A stretch of DNA of 64,000 bases from Camelus ferus (Eukaryota), in contig NC_045697.1 in assembly GCF_009834535.1 (NCBI RefSeq), positions 22,012,001-22,076,000 on the forward strand, given 5' to 3'. The translations under genes were made by a program, and so were the position numbers. This document shows positions 14,084 through 27,499 of this stretch, piece by piece; the first letter of the stretch is position 1; every line of letters starts with the position of its first letter. The notes beneath the pieces are model-generated. The model was not told the DNA's origin. It was given only the letters and a program-made list of their open reading frames with translations, and ran no database searches.

Positions 14084-17000
14084 CAGAAAGGCTCAGAAAC
14101 GTGACACCACCACCACATAGCTATTCACTAGTTGAGCTAAGATTCCAGAAGCAGTCCGAACGCAATTCAGAACAGTGTCTGACATTTAGTAGATGTCTCT
14201 AAGTGCTATCTGCTATTAAAAAGAGGCAAATCCATTTTACACCAGTCTTACCCCTGGCCACGAGTTAGGCTGAGATTCGAACTTCAGGTGTGCCTGGTTT
14301 TTAACCCTGATTTCCTTAAACCCTTTCAGGAATTTAAACTTGATTTTAGAACTATTTTTTGGTATAGACTTTATAAATAAGTTTACTGTTCAGTGTATCT
14401 TGGGAAGGTAATTTTGGAATTATTTAGAAAATACAGATATGCTTATAAAACGCGGTAATGTTTATAAGTGGGAACATAATAAAAAATAATCAATCAACGC
14501 ATACCTTGAGCTGTTTCAATGAATTATCTCTTAGAGTTTAGAGACTACTGTTTAAAATAAACCCCAGTGAAATATCTAACAAGTTTATTTGTTTCTAGTA
14601 TTCTTCAGCAGGGTAATTAGGTAAGCTCAAGTTCTCACCTTCACTTTCAGTTTCTTGACTATTTGGAATTATGTTAATCAAATGAAATTAAGTGATTAAT
14701 TATGTTAATCACTGCCGTGATTGTGGGAAGCACCTTTTGTACTGTGACATTTTCTTTTCGGCTATTGCTGCATCAATTGTGTTGCCATTCAGTTTTGTTT
14801 AACTGTGAGGAACGTTTTATTTCAGCTTTCTTGAAATAATGTGCTGTAATTTTTCCTGTTAACTTATTTTAAAATATATGTTACAGTTGGATCTTTAGAT
14901 TGGCTACTTTCCACATAGATGTTTGTAAAGCCTAGCATGGTCCTTCAGTAGTCCCTGTTACTTCCTGTTTAGTTGAATTTGAAATTGATAAGCCCTGATG
15001 ACTGTTATTAGAAGTTACTCCAATTACTGTGCCATCTAGCAATACTGAATCATAAACATACGTGTTAAAAAGAGCTTTCTCTCTCTCTCTGTGCTACTGT
15101 CAACTAATCAAGACTGTGAGATAAAATAGATCATGGCTAGGCAGGGGAGCATGGTCGAACTGCTATTAAAGTTTGTGAACAAACTTGTTTGGTAGATTCA
15201 AATATTACACTGAAGGTTAAAGTGTTCCCTACATTGCTGCCCCCAAATCTTACAAGAACAGAAAACTTTTTCTTCTTAAGCCATGCTCAGGAACATTTAG
15301 TGCCTGTTCATTTCTAATTAATACATTTCCATTTTCTCAATTTAGAATCATATTCCTCTGACTCTAATCTCCCTCTCCCATTTTTACTTTTCATTCTGCC
15401 TTTTCATGAGCTCTCTGCTCCAGTGAAGCCTGGTAACTTTCAAGTGACTTTACCTACTTCACACTTTCCTACCGGTTTATCGTAACCTAAACTGTCATCT
15501 CCTCCAGCAATTTTGTCTTCTAATTTTATGTGTGTGAATCCTACTTTCTTTGATTCTTCTTTCATCAAGTTTTTCTGGTTACCAAGTTGGGAGTGCTAAT
15601 TTTAAGTTATTTTATCTGTGCGATTTTATATTACCTGGAGCTTTCCATCTTTAGTGATGGACTTTTTTGTGGTTTTGTTAAGTGTGTATATGTACCATTT
15701 ATTTATTACACCATAATCTCTTCACTGGGAAGGTCCAAGTCTGATTCATATTTTCCATCTCCCTCCAGTTCTTAGCAAAGTGCCTTGCCGATTGTATCTT
15801 AGTAGATGCTGACTCAATAGTGATTGAATTCATTTGATGCTATAAATGGGAATTTTATGCCGTTTAGAATGGGATTCAATGTAATGTATTAATAGGTACT
15901 CAATAAATATTTATTGCATTTCTACAATAGATTAGGTGCTAAGGCTATCACATTCCTACAAAATACAAAGTGCTGGGTAACAGTTGAGGTGATAGGCACC
16001 TATTTATAGATATAAATATCACAGATCATGTGAGCTCTGTTACAGCTTGTGTTCTTCTGTGTTACTTGGGACGCACCCTATGGCAGGAATTCTGTTATTA
16101 CCAAGCATGTCACCCAGAGATGTGATAACTACCTCGTGCCTAGAGTGGCAGGAGGGTATAAAAGGAGACTGGGAAATAGATCAAAATGCAAAAGGCATCA
16201 GATTTTCACATTAAGTCAATTCAACTTGATCCTGGGAGAAGTGGGAGTCAGACAGCAGATGTCTTTTAATAGCGGAGCAGAGGGGAGTGGAGGCCTTGAT
16301 TTGTTGGGGGAATAACTTTAAAAGCAGTGCAAAAGTAGCACTAGGGAGGGAAGACACAGATAACCCTAAAGGGATCTGGGTTGTGGTTTAACGGAGACGT
16401 GTTTTTCTTGGACGTGGAATTCTGTGCCATTAGTGGCCACACTTTATGTGGAATAAGAAGCAGTAGAGACAATCGCTCTCTTTCACCATTTCTTGGCACC
16501 AACGCACTGCTCAGCTCTAGAGACTTATTTCCTTATTAGAGGAATTAGTACAATTAATAACAAAAGAAATGCATATTAATGCATCTTTTCTAAAATCCAT
16601 AGATCAAACACTATTCTTTGAATGTGGAGTTCAGTTCAAATTAAATGTTTATATGGGATGATATGGGAAATCTGTATGGTGTTTGGAAATGGAAGGAAAG
16701 CATCATTTAAATATAAATTCCTTTGCTCTAATACTGACTGTCAAAAAAGACTTTCCTTGATGTTAAGCTATGAGCTCAAGTAAATCATGCCCAGAAGGCT
16801 GAAGGCTAAAGAATCATCACTCATGAAACTCATGCCATTCCATTTCTACCCCATCATTGCTTGAACTAACTGCTCAAGCTATAAGCTGAGTTTTATTTCA
16901 GACTTTACCCCAAAATATTTTTATTTGATTTTTAACCTTGCATCATATCATTAAAGTATTTTCAATTTGCTTTTTGTGTTTCATGGTTTTAAAAAAAAGA

Positions 17001-18186
17001 ATTTATGCTGCAGATAATGCAGATATGATTTTCACGGCCCTACTGTTTATAATGCTCATTGTTTTCTTTTGAAAAAAATAAAACAATTCATAGGAGTTCA
17101 TTTGTAATAAGACTATTCTGGCAGTTCTGTAACAGTGAAGTTTTTAAGGATTAACAATAGTGAAGGCACAGTCTGCAAAGTTCTTCTTTTTTTTTTTTCT
17201 CCATCTTTTTTCACCTTTATTTCAAATTAAAAGATACATATTCCCTTAGTCTGAATGTTTTTCTGCCTAAATGTTTTCCGTGTGATCTTTGCTTTGCAAC
17301 CGAGGAAGTTCAGCTTCAACCTGCTAGAGCTGAAAGGGCCCACAGCACGCCACGGGCTGTCTATTGTTTCAAGAATGTAGAACCGCTCTCCTATAAATAA
17401 TAATGTGTAATACTCATAATGTTAAATTTTACAACAGTGATGTCCTGTGGCATTGTTCTGTGCTGCTGAAGTACTTGTCAATACTCCACAGAGTGCAGTT
17501 TGCTCATATCATATCAATGCAAAATATTTAACCCATAGTTCTATAGATAAACATCCACATTCACTATGTGCAACTTTCAAAGTACCTGTTTTAGGCTTTG
17601 TCATAAAATGTATGCAAAATCCTATATAAACCATACTCAGTATGCTTTTAAATACAGTTTTTCAACAAATGACTATATTTTTATTTGAAGTTTTCGTTGT
17701 TTTTCATCAGTTTTAGAAGAAACACCATCATGCCTTTACTGTTGCTGTTACACGGGGTGACAATGCATCATGTCTTTTCTAATTGAAAGAGTTAAATGTT
17801 TTCTTTTAAAAATTCACTTGGAAATCAAAATTGTCTTACTAATGTTATTATAAAAAGGTATAATTTCTGATATATCATATCCCTGGTCAGGATACCTTAC
17901 CATTGGATATAATTTAGAATTTTCTCAATGCTTGTTTTGCCAATTCTGAATATAACTTTTCTTGATATCATAAGTAAAGCGTATCAGGAATATTAATGTC
18001 AGCGTTGAGTCATGTACTGAGTGCTGAAGCATTACCCAATGGAGTATAAAAGTATAAAAGGTCTGAATTATTTTGGACACACATATAAATATTTAGATAT
18101 ATAATAAATATTTGGAAATATATTTTTCCACATGTATGTTTCACATGTCCATATTTATGTCCATGCATATTATTCATATATATTCA

Positions 18187-18196
18187 TGTGTGTGTA

Positions 18197-18233
<37 letters not shown>

Positions 18234-18234
18234 G
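18187..18234. repeat. (TG)n(TA)n microsatellite
   Basis: directly visible. Confidence 0.95.
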
Positions 18235-18279
18235 TTTCAGAATGTATTTTTCTATTCCTACAATCACCAGAGAGAAACA

Positions 18280-19150
18280 ATTACTCAGCAACTACTGAAT
18301 ACCTGCTTTAGCCCAGGCACTGTGATTAAGGCTGGGAATATAAATATGGGAAAGATACTATCTGTGTTTTCAAGGAACTCATTACCAAGAGTGTTAAATG
18401 TGTTACAAGTGCTATAGGACAACAGAGATAAAGAAGGAAAGTGAAGACATTTGGGAAAGATTTAATAATACAAGAAACTGTTGCATTGAGCCTTATAATA
18501 AATTAAGTTTACTCTCTCTAAGGAGGAAAGAAAGATGCATTTAAACTGGGAAAGAAATCATGAACGAGATAATGAAAGCATCAGAGTTCATCACTTATTT
18601 GCTAAAAGGCCCATAATCCAGTGTGGTTACAGTATAGCGAACATGGGTTATATGACTAGATGTGAACCTGAAAGATGAAGTCGATGTACCTTGAAATGAG
18701 CCTTGGATTTTATGCCTAGGAGTCTGGGTTTATCCTGTAAGCATCTGGAAGTCACCATTTCAAGCAAGGGTATAACGCGTACCTGTTAGGACGATGGCTC
18801 TGCTGAAAGAGTGGAGGACAGGCCACAGTAAAAGTACTGGAGAGAGGGATATTTGTCAGGGAACTCCTGTCGTCCGATACAGTCTGATCATGTGATTCTG
18901 ATGCCATGACTTTGGAGACAGATCAAGAGGCATTTGGACAAAAGGATATAAACTATTTGGTAGATGATTGAGACTGGGGAAAAGAGGAGAGAAAAAACAG
19001 GATTGGAAAAGAATTTTGTTTCAGATTTTAGTTTGAACATTTTAATAAGAAAGTGGACTTTGAAATGTAGGAGATTAAGATAGGGAAAAGAGAGAATTAA
19101 ACAGTTCATCTACACTTAGTGGTCGGTGCCTCCCTGGAAGTATATGCAAT
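18280..19150 (-). mobile_element. L2 LINE 3' portion
   Basis: 'actgaatacctgctttagcccaggcactgtg...tcaaggaactca...ggagtctgggtttatcctgtaagca' is typical of reverse-complement L2. Confidence 0.7.
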
Positions 19151-19440
19151 CCCTAGGGAATTTACAGAGAACATAAAAACAGAAGTTTGCAAAGAAATAA
19201 TCTTGACGAGCCTGGGAAAGATACCATAAAGGCAGCACCAAAGAAGTAAAAACGTAGAATTCGAAGAAAATTTTGTGATGAAAAGCTGGATAAAAGATGG
19301 AAAGTGTATCTACTAATAAACATAATGATAATAACAATATCAGAAGCAATAATAATAGCAAAAATTGACTTAACCCGTACTAGGCACTAGTCTTTGCACT
19401 AAAAATATGACACAGATGAGCTCATTTAATTTTCATAATA

Positions 19441-19860
19441 AAATTTGTTTTCAAGCAATAGAAATCAAGTTTATCACTTAGTATTGTAAACTGAAGATGG
19501 TTTGAGGGGACCATGAGGTGAGGCTCACAAAGTACTCGTGGAGGATGCACGTGCTCAGGTAAGAGAAAGGTCTAGTCCGACTCCAGAGGGTAGAAGTAAA
19601 TTCAGAGGCTAGTAGGGATTGGTGAGCTGTCTCTTCAAAACCTACTGCTGGGATGACTTAAATCCAATTATGTTAAATTATTTCATCACTATGCTCGCTA
19701 CTCAGACTCCAGGGAGGCAAGGCTGAAATATCCTTTTGGGGTAACTTGTCAGCCTTTTGGTTAAAGAAGGGCAATGCACTTTGGATAATAGTCTTACCAA
19801 ACTAAATTCAGTGACTGAAAGTAATTTGCTCAAAGGAAGTTGAGGTATTCTTAAAACTGA
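19441..19860 (-). mobile_element. probable old MLT1-type (MaLR) solo LTR
   Basis: 'tttgttttcaagcaatagaaatcaag' at the left and 'caaaggaagttgaggtattctta' at the right resemble old MLT1 LTR segments. Confidence 0.45.
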
Positions 19861-19901
19861 CCCATGCATCCTCAATTTAAATATGAGGGAGCTCAGTCTT
19901 A

Positions 19902-20218
19902 CTCATTTATTTGTTTTTTAGTTGAAGTATAGTCAGTTTACAATGGTGCATTAATTGCTGGCGTGCAACATAATGTTTCAGTCATACGTATACATACATA
20001 TATTCCTTATCATACACTTTTTCATTATAGGTTACTACAAGATATTGATATTATCCAGTTTTGTGAGGATTCTCCTTGTATTCCTCTGTAAGAGATATTC
20101 TGCCAAAGTTCAGGAGATACTCTGTGTGAATTGTTGTGTATGTAGATGTAGTTTGTGAGGTATTTGTGGGAGAAGGTGAGCCACATATTCTTCTCCTCTG
20201 CCACCCTGGCCCAGCCCC
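19902..20218 (-). mobile_element. mini-L1: L1 5'UTR start (~20055-20218) fused to L1 3'UTR/polyA (19902-~20050)
   Basis: minus strand begins GGGGCTGGGCCAGGGTGGCAGAGGAG...CTCACCTTCTCCCACAAATAC (L1 5' end-like) and ends TATACTTCAACTAAAAAACAAATAAAT; the 3' part matches the L1 3' ends at 47469 and 52600; degenerate TSD gagctcagtctta/gagctaaatctta. Confidence 0.75.
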
Positions 20219-20329
20219 AAGTGAGCTAAATCTTAAGGAAGTTAAATACCTTTGCCAAATTTAAGCAGTAAGTGAATGAAATCATATTAAAGCCAAACTC
20301 CCAGTTCAGATCAAGAAAATTAAGAGTGA

Positions 20330-21700
20330 GAAAAGACTCCTTTATGTAGCATTTCTAATAGTTTCATCAACATGGTGGCCGGGTAAGATAACATCAAGTT
20401 TTATGGAGCCAGTTTTAAATAAAAGTAGAGCCATTGAATGCAAGTACTTTGCCAAGAATTTTTGCAGGAGGAAAAAAAAAAAAAAAAGGAAACAGCAATT
20501 TGGTGGTGGAAGAGAGGAATAAAGATTTTTTTTTATAAAATAGGGAAATTCAGGTAGGTTAGTAGGTTGAAAGAAAGCTAGAGGTTGAACAGAAAAGAGA
20601 AAGCACATTGGTGAAACAGGGTCATGGCAGAGGCAGGAAGGAGTGGAATCAAAGGGTCAGATGAACAAGAGAGTAAGGGTTCTTCTTCTGAGATGCAAAG
20701 TGAAACCTGGGTAAGTAAATACACAGATAAATTAGGAAATGGAGAGGAGGGAAGCCGAGGGGATTCACACATGATGACCGCAATGTTCTCAGCAGTAGGA
20801 GGTGAAATCATGTTGAGGTTGAGGGGGGTGAGGGTGAGTGGGGGATCTGAGGAGGGTGTGGTGGGAACAGCTGCTGTATGCAATGGGAAGACCAGCCAAG
20901 TAGGAATGAGTAATAGGACTGCTAAGCAGCTCTGAGGGTTCAGCTGACATCGGAAATCATAAATTTGTAGCAGAGTCAATCAGCGTGGTTATTCAATTTT
21001 CTCAGGAACTCTTGGCAGCCCGGGAGGAGGAGGAGAGCAAACAGATGGTAGGATTGATTTGGTGATGGGATTGGCAAGACAGCTGTGAGAGAAGGTCAAA
21101 GAGTGGAAGAATCAGTTGCACCCAGGAAAGTATCTTATCAGGGGGATCAAAACTAGGAAGAGGTAAGAGTCAAGCCAGGAACGACTGGAGACTGCCAAAA
21201 AAAAATGGAAGGACAAAGCAGGGAAGAGCATCAGCCTTTGAAGCCTAAGAAGAATTTTTGTTGGCATGAGTAAGTGGGATAGGGGATTAGAAGGAGAATT
21301 TCACAATTCTGGATATTACAGTAGAATTTGTTTAGAAACAATCCATTTTGTATCTAGTGTGGATTGCCCAAGCTTAGTGGAAGTGATAGTCACTGGAATA
21401 TAGGAGCAAAAGAATTTTGAAACTGAATAGATGTATGAGTCATCCAAGTCATCTAGGATAGTGACAAGTGATAGAAGAAAACCAAAAAACAGAAACCAAA
21501 CACCAAACAAGCTAGCAGCCAAATTATTCAAGTGAATTGATGAACTACTTATAGATGACAAGATTTAAAAGACAGGTAGTTTGCTTGATGTAGACATAAG
21601 GCTTATTGAACTAAGATAATAGAAGAATGTCTCAGAATTGGTAGAGGAAGTCCAGGAGAATGTGCTTCTTCCTCTTTGCCCAGAGATAAGAAGTTGATTA
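20330..21700 (-). mobile_element. L2 LINE ORF2 remnant (endonuclease to RT N-terminal region)
   Basis: degenerate peptides in the ORF track: VTILDDL (~IILGDFN), GQSTLD (~GHTLDL), ENIAVIMCESP (~EKIEAIRRELP), ISEEE..SCSSDPLIP (~TCxLDPIP), PGHHVDET (~PHHSTET). Confidence 0.7.
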
Positions 21701-21879
21701 TTATTTTTAACAGTGGTATAGCTTGAAGTGAAATCTATGTGAATAAACCTTAAAACTGTTTGCAAACAATTCACAGGCATGGAACCTTAGTTTGTTTTTG
21801 GCCTACGATATGTCCTAGTAGATAAATTTCTTCTTCTCTACTAGGTCATGCTAATTTGCACGTGAACATATGGTAGTAC

Positions 21880-23400
21880 AACCTATCTTAAACAGAAAGA
21901 ACCTAACTAACTGTAAAAAGTAGATCTCTGACTTAGCTACCACCTCCAGGTATAGCCTCAAGTGCCTGATCTGCTTCACCAAAGCATATCAAAGTGTCCA
22001 TATGGTTATTCTCCACTTAGGTCTCAAAGTCTCTTTAATCCACTCCTGTGGGTCTTTGATCCTTTCCACTCCCCAGGCATGGCTCTATCAAGGTCAGCAG
22101 AATTTCTTTTGCTAAATTCAGTGATCAATTCTGTCCCCTTGTCTAAATTTAGTATTTGGTTATTCACTCCCTCTCCCTGGGGTACTTCTCATCACCATAT
22201 TCACTTGGTTTTCCTTCTCCATTGTTGACTGCATCTTCTGAGTCTCCTATGCTGCTTCTAATAGTAAGATGACTAGATCATATAGTGCCCCAGGATTTTG
22301 GCTCTATATATCACCATCCCAGGCTTCTCCTCTGGGTCCCTACTCAATACAAATACCTATCTAGCTTTTCTACTGGTAAAGTCAGTAGTCCACAGTGGTC
22401 ATGTGGCAGATCCTGGCATCAGATTCTCCTTGACTCCATTAGCTGGCTGACTAGGGTAAGTCTCTCTGTACTTTTTTTTTAGTTTTCTTCTCTCTAAAAT
22501 GAGAATAATAATAAAAACTACTTCATGGGATTCTTGGGACAATTAAATAAGTAAAAGATACAAATAAATAAAAATGTAAGTGTTTACAAGTATACTTGCC
22601 ACAGAATAAGTGCTTAATAATTACTACTTATTAACATTATTATCACAAACATAACACAGTAAAAGTAGAACCACTGATTTTTTTCCCCTCATATACCTCC
22701 ATTTGCCCTTTTAATAAACCTTTCTCAGGTGAATGAATAGTACTGATATCCACCCACTTTTTTTTCAGGGGAAAATCCCCAAGATCATCTTTTACTCTTT
22801 TCCCTTATATGCCACTCCAGTCCACCAGTAATTTCTATTACCTTTACATCAAAAATATTTACCAAATCTGACCACTTTTCACCACCTTCTATTCTAAATC
22901 ATAAACCAAGCCACTGACATCTGCTGTGTCTCTAATTCTACCATGCTTCCTACAATATCCATGGAGTGATATTTCTAGTGTGCAAATGCATATATGTCCT
23001 TCCACTATTTAAAATCTGCCACTGTTTTACCATTACAATGAGAATAAAACCCAATCTTCCAAAGTGGTCTACAAGCATGCCCTGTTTGGGGACCAGTCTG
23101 CCCCTGGGAGCTTAGCTCCTTTCACTCTCAGCATTATTCTCTAAACCAAAGCCACTCTGACCCCTTTTTCTGTTACTCAAACATGCCAAAAGATTCTTTC
23201 TTGGAAGCCTTTGAATTTGTTTTGCTTTCTATCTGGAACACTCTTTCTCCCATCCAGTCTTCATATGCAGGCCTTGTCTTCATCATTTAAATCTCACTTC
23301 AGATGTCAGGTCCTCACTGGGGCCCCCTTGACCGTCTTCATCATGATACTCTGTTGTAGAGTTTTTGTAGCACTCATTAGGATCTGCCATTTCCACTCCA
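21880..23400 (+). mobile_element. L2 LINE (RT region to 3' part), interrupted by a MIR
   Basis: SLFNPLLWVFDPFHSPGMALSR resembles LNPLQSGFRPHHSTETAL; downstream 'tctggaacactctttc...catcatttaaatctcacttcagatgtca' is L2-like. Confidence 0.7.
22390..22640 (+). mobile_element. MIR SINE inserted in L2
   Basis: 'agttttcttctctctaaaatgagaataataataaaaactacttcatgggatt...aagtgcttaataattact'. Confidence 0.75.
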
Positions 23401-26400
23401 ACCTTAGTTTGCCTAAATTGGTCATACCTAAATCTGGAAAAATTTTTTAAAAACCTCTTGTAAACTTTCATTTGCTTTACTTGATTATTTACATTTTGGT
23501 CAGCAGAGTTCTTAAATTTTATTTTTGTATATACTTGGTCGTATAAGGAAAGTGATTATTAGATGATACACTGGTGTTTGCTGGTACATTCAGCATTTAG
23601 AATGAACCATCTCCAGCTAGCCTCTTCATATTTGTAAAAGTTGATGTGAATAAAATGGTACTTGTTTTGGATCTGGAGTTCTCTTGGAGAACTATTTTTG
23701 GAAAATGAGCTGTTCACCTTTTGATTTATATACAAGATATATATATAAGAAGACACTGCTAAAATGACTCGAAGGTTGTTTGTAAGCCTAGAAATACTTC
23801 ACTTGAATCATGAATTACTTTATCAATGAAGCTAATGTATCAGAAGATTCTAATTGTTGTGTAGGTAGTTCTCCAAAGTGTAAACAATGAAATACAAACA
23901 AATATTGTCTTCCTTACATTTATTTTACTTTTGAGGAAAACAGTGCAAAACCTACTTCTTATTGTTTCTGAAGCAAGGATACTTACTAACTTGAGAAACC
24001 ATGTCTTTTGATTATAAATATCACGAGATCAAGACATTGACCATAGAGGCATGTTCATGGATTACTGTTTTAAGGTAACTACCATGAGGATATCAGGCAT
24101 GCATGAACTGCAATCGTGGGCTTTCCACTACCAAAATAGAATAGATTCTTATTCATCAAATATAATGCTATATTTGCAGTCCCAGCTAACTCTTTATAAT
24201 CACTTAAGATTAGAATATAAAATTAGGCTTTCTAGTCTTAACTGCAAATATTATATTTCTGGATTCAGGTTGGATTATTTAAAGATAGGATGGAGCACGT
24301 GTTCTGACTTTGTAGCTAAATATTATTATACTCCGAGGCCTAACTCGGGACATATTGTAACAGTCATCATCTATTTGTGAAAAAGGAAATTTGGGGACTT
24401 CTGGCACACTTTCAAAATTCCAGTTGATAGAAAGGGCTATGAGAGAGGCTTTTTGACCTGAAATATTTTGTAAATCCCAGAGTGAGATGCTTAATTAGAG
24501 CATACATTGTGAAGGACTCTCAAACAAGAGAGGTCTCAACCCAAGTTCTTTTTTTTTTCCTAAGAGGAGCCAAAACGTGTCATTACAGTGGGCTCTCTGG
24601 GGGCCTACAGTGACATGGGTGGCTTCTTTTCTTAGCTGGTGTAGGAAGGAGGGGTAGGCATGTAGATACATCTTTGTGTTGGTGTTTGCAGAAGATGAGT
24701 GAGAACCAGACATGCAGAAAGGCTGTGGGATGGTTGGAAGCGACGTCAGTACTGACTACATGAACAAACATACTGAAAAGGGGTTAAATGCCATTATCCA
24801 TCATTGATTTTATAGAGAGATTACAATAGATAAATTTCAAATATCACAGAAAAGCCACGATGAATTGCATTTCCTAGTATAAAATATTTAGTAGTTTTTC
24901 TCATGGATTCGTTAAGATGTTTGAATAATAATAATTGTTTTCTGCTTCTTTGTTGGCAAGGAAAGCCAGAAAACTTTTTCAGGGCATCTGGCTAAAAACT
25001 CTCTTTCTCTCTCTCTCTTTTTTATTCCCCCTTCAGGATAACTTAGACACAATTCCTAAAAGAACACCATTTGGCTGATTTCCATCTGGCATCCTTCTCT
25101 ACTTATTTTTACTGAAAAGTGTGGAGTCTAGTTTTTAATGCTATTTCTGAATAAATTCAGCTTTCAGCTCAACACCCATTCTCCCCTCTGTGTTTCATAT
25201 GAGCAGTTACCTCTTTTTGTGTGGTAAATAAATACAACTCTGGGCTCTAACCAGGTAGAATCAGATAAAAAGCAAACTGTAGAAATATGGGCTGACTTTC
25301 TAGTAATCTTTTATAGGCTTTAGAATACAAATGTGTCATGTGAAAAGTTCTGTCTGTGCGGAAGAATTGAGTATTTTACACACAGATAATTAGAAAATTG
25401 TCAAGATATATGTTGCTTTTTACAAATATTTTTGTATTTATTATTTCGCAGATGAAATAAAAAATTATCATGTTGCTGAATTACGAAAAACCTCTCTACT
25501 GAGAGGTCTTCATCAATGACTAATTGCTACTATTTGTAACCCACTTTAAAAGCAAATAAAGCGCCCATCTGGTAATTCTATTAATGGTTTCTATATTAAA
25601 ATGGCTATTGGTCCTCAAAGAGAAAATATGCAATTATGAAATATTCATATTGGTGTCACTTCTGAAAAGCTCACAAATGTATCTGGAAAAATAGAGTTTA
25701 TCATTCTTTTTCTCATTCTCTATTAAGCCTATAACCTTTTAAAAACTTAAATTGGATTAATGATGTAGCTACATACACTCAACAAAATGGAAAATTAAAC
25801 AGTTATTTAAATAAATCAAAGCAAAAAATAAACTTTCATAATCAATCATTTGGATAGCAGTATGAACTCCCTCAACTCTGGCCCCCAACTCTCTGTGTTG
25901 CCCGCTGGAGAATGTCTTGAATAACCAGGTCTCCCCACTGAAAAGAGGGAAAGGGAAAAACTAGTCCTGCTCTTATTTTGAGATGCTTTCACCCTGAAAA
26001 AAACTCGGCATGTCTCTGAGACTCCATTTCCGTGGTGGTCATATTCAGGGAATGTCTCTGCTAGTCTTTAGCACTGTTACGAAGACTGAATAAAATGAAG
26101 AATGTGCAAATATTTTGTCAAAGTAAGTCCCTCTCAGGAGGCAGATATAGCTGTCACCAGCCAGGCTTCTCAATAGGGCCATCTTTGTCACCCACCTGAA
26201 GACTAAAGTATTTTATCTCTGAGGAGAAGTAGTATGTAGAATTGGTCCAGCCCTGCTTCATTCTGAGCCTCAGTCTCTGAGGGGTTCGTGAAAATTCACT
26301 GACCTTGCATCTCCCGCAGCGTGGGAGTTCTGTACAGCCTTCCCTACAGGGAGACTCCAGTTCTCCTGCTTGTCTTTTGATTTGGATGACCCAGCGACCA

Positions 26401-26789
26401 TCTCAGCAGAAGCAGAATGGGTTAGTCTGGTTTACTTCGTATACGTAACACCTCCTGTGCCCCGGCTCCAATGCTCTGGCACCTTTCCTGGTTTTGTGAT
26501 GCCCTCTCAGTCCTGTTTGCATTTGCACACGTCTGGAATGCAAATTCTCTTTTTCTTCTGGTTACATTTTCCTTGTTCGTCAACAGGCAGCTCAACTCTG
26601 TATGGTATGATTATAGAGACTTAATTTTTTTTTCTTCTTTACACTTCAGTTCTCTTTCATGACTTGTGTAGTTTATAATGCCGTCTGAAGATTTCATTAA
26701 GAAGAACCTGAAGTTTTTTGAAGGGTCAGGTGCGCCTCTTGCCTTTTACTAGCACAAATGTCCACCTCTCCTAATAATTATCTGAGTGG

Positions 26790-26912
26790 ATAACGTTTAT
26801 AACGGACTGTTTATTTGTCTGTCTCACTAGACCGAGATCTTCTGTAAATACAGTCATGGGTGCTGCAGTATCTTTAATAGGCATTTATTACCTATAAGTT
26901 GAATGAATGAAT
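26790..26912 (+). mobile_element. L2 3' terminus fragment
   Basis: 'tgtctgtctcactagaccgagatct...gttgaatgaatgaat'. Confidence 0.5.
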
Positions 26913-27499
26913 AGATATACAGATAGTTTATGTGTGTAGTTCATTTTAATTTCATAAATAGATATGGGACGATATTAAACAGCTAATAATTAATTACATT
27001 TGCAGTTAATATAACAAGTTCATAGTTTATTTTGTGCTTTCATACTCATTGGACTTAAATATTGAAAAATAAATTTTATTATAATAACAAATAAATAGAC
27101 GTAAGTATAATAAATAAATGAGGAACGCTTTTGTAAATTATCGTTTTTAAAGCAACTTTTCATTCTCTCATTTCTTTTTTGTACTGTATAAACTATTTTC
27201 ATCTTGAAGGTCACGGCTGAACTTTAACAGTCATAGTAGAGGCACTATGCCGATGTTAGAAAACAGCTCATAAAATCCCGTAGTGACTCTTTTAACGGAT
27301 TACTGTCACAGATCATGTCTAGCTATCTGTGTATTTCTTATCAAAACTGAGGTTCAGATAACTGGAAACATTTGAATGACAATCAGAAACTTCGAATATT
27401 CTGCTCATGTGAAAGGATGCTACACCTTCCGTTGGAAGAATATTTCCTCCCAAGTGGCAGTCAGTGGCTTCTGGCATGAGTTGGCAAAAATAAGCACTA

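Larger units (their letters stand above)
19340..20310 (-). mobile_element. MIR SINE split into three pieces (~19340-19440, ~19865-19901, ~20219-20310) by later insertions
   Basis: pieces rejoin as 'taggcact...ctcatttaattttcataataa / ctcaatttaaatatgagggagctcagtctta / aggaagttaaatacctttgccaa...agtaagtg'. Confidence 0.55.

Noticed and set aside
20330..22150. Oppositely oriented L2 copies as a dsRNA/editing substrate
   Set aside because: The copies are too diverged for stable pairing by eye.
20342..22228. Cluster of ORFs on both strands
   Set aside because: Frameshifted L2 ORF2 remnants.
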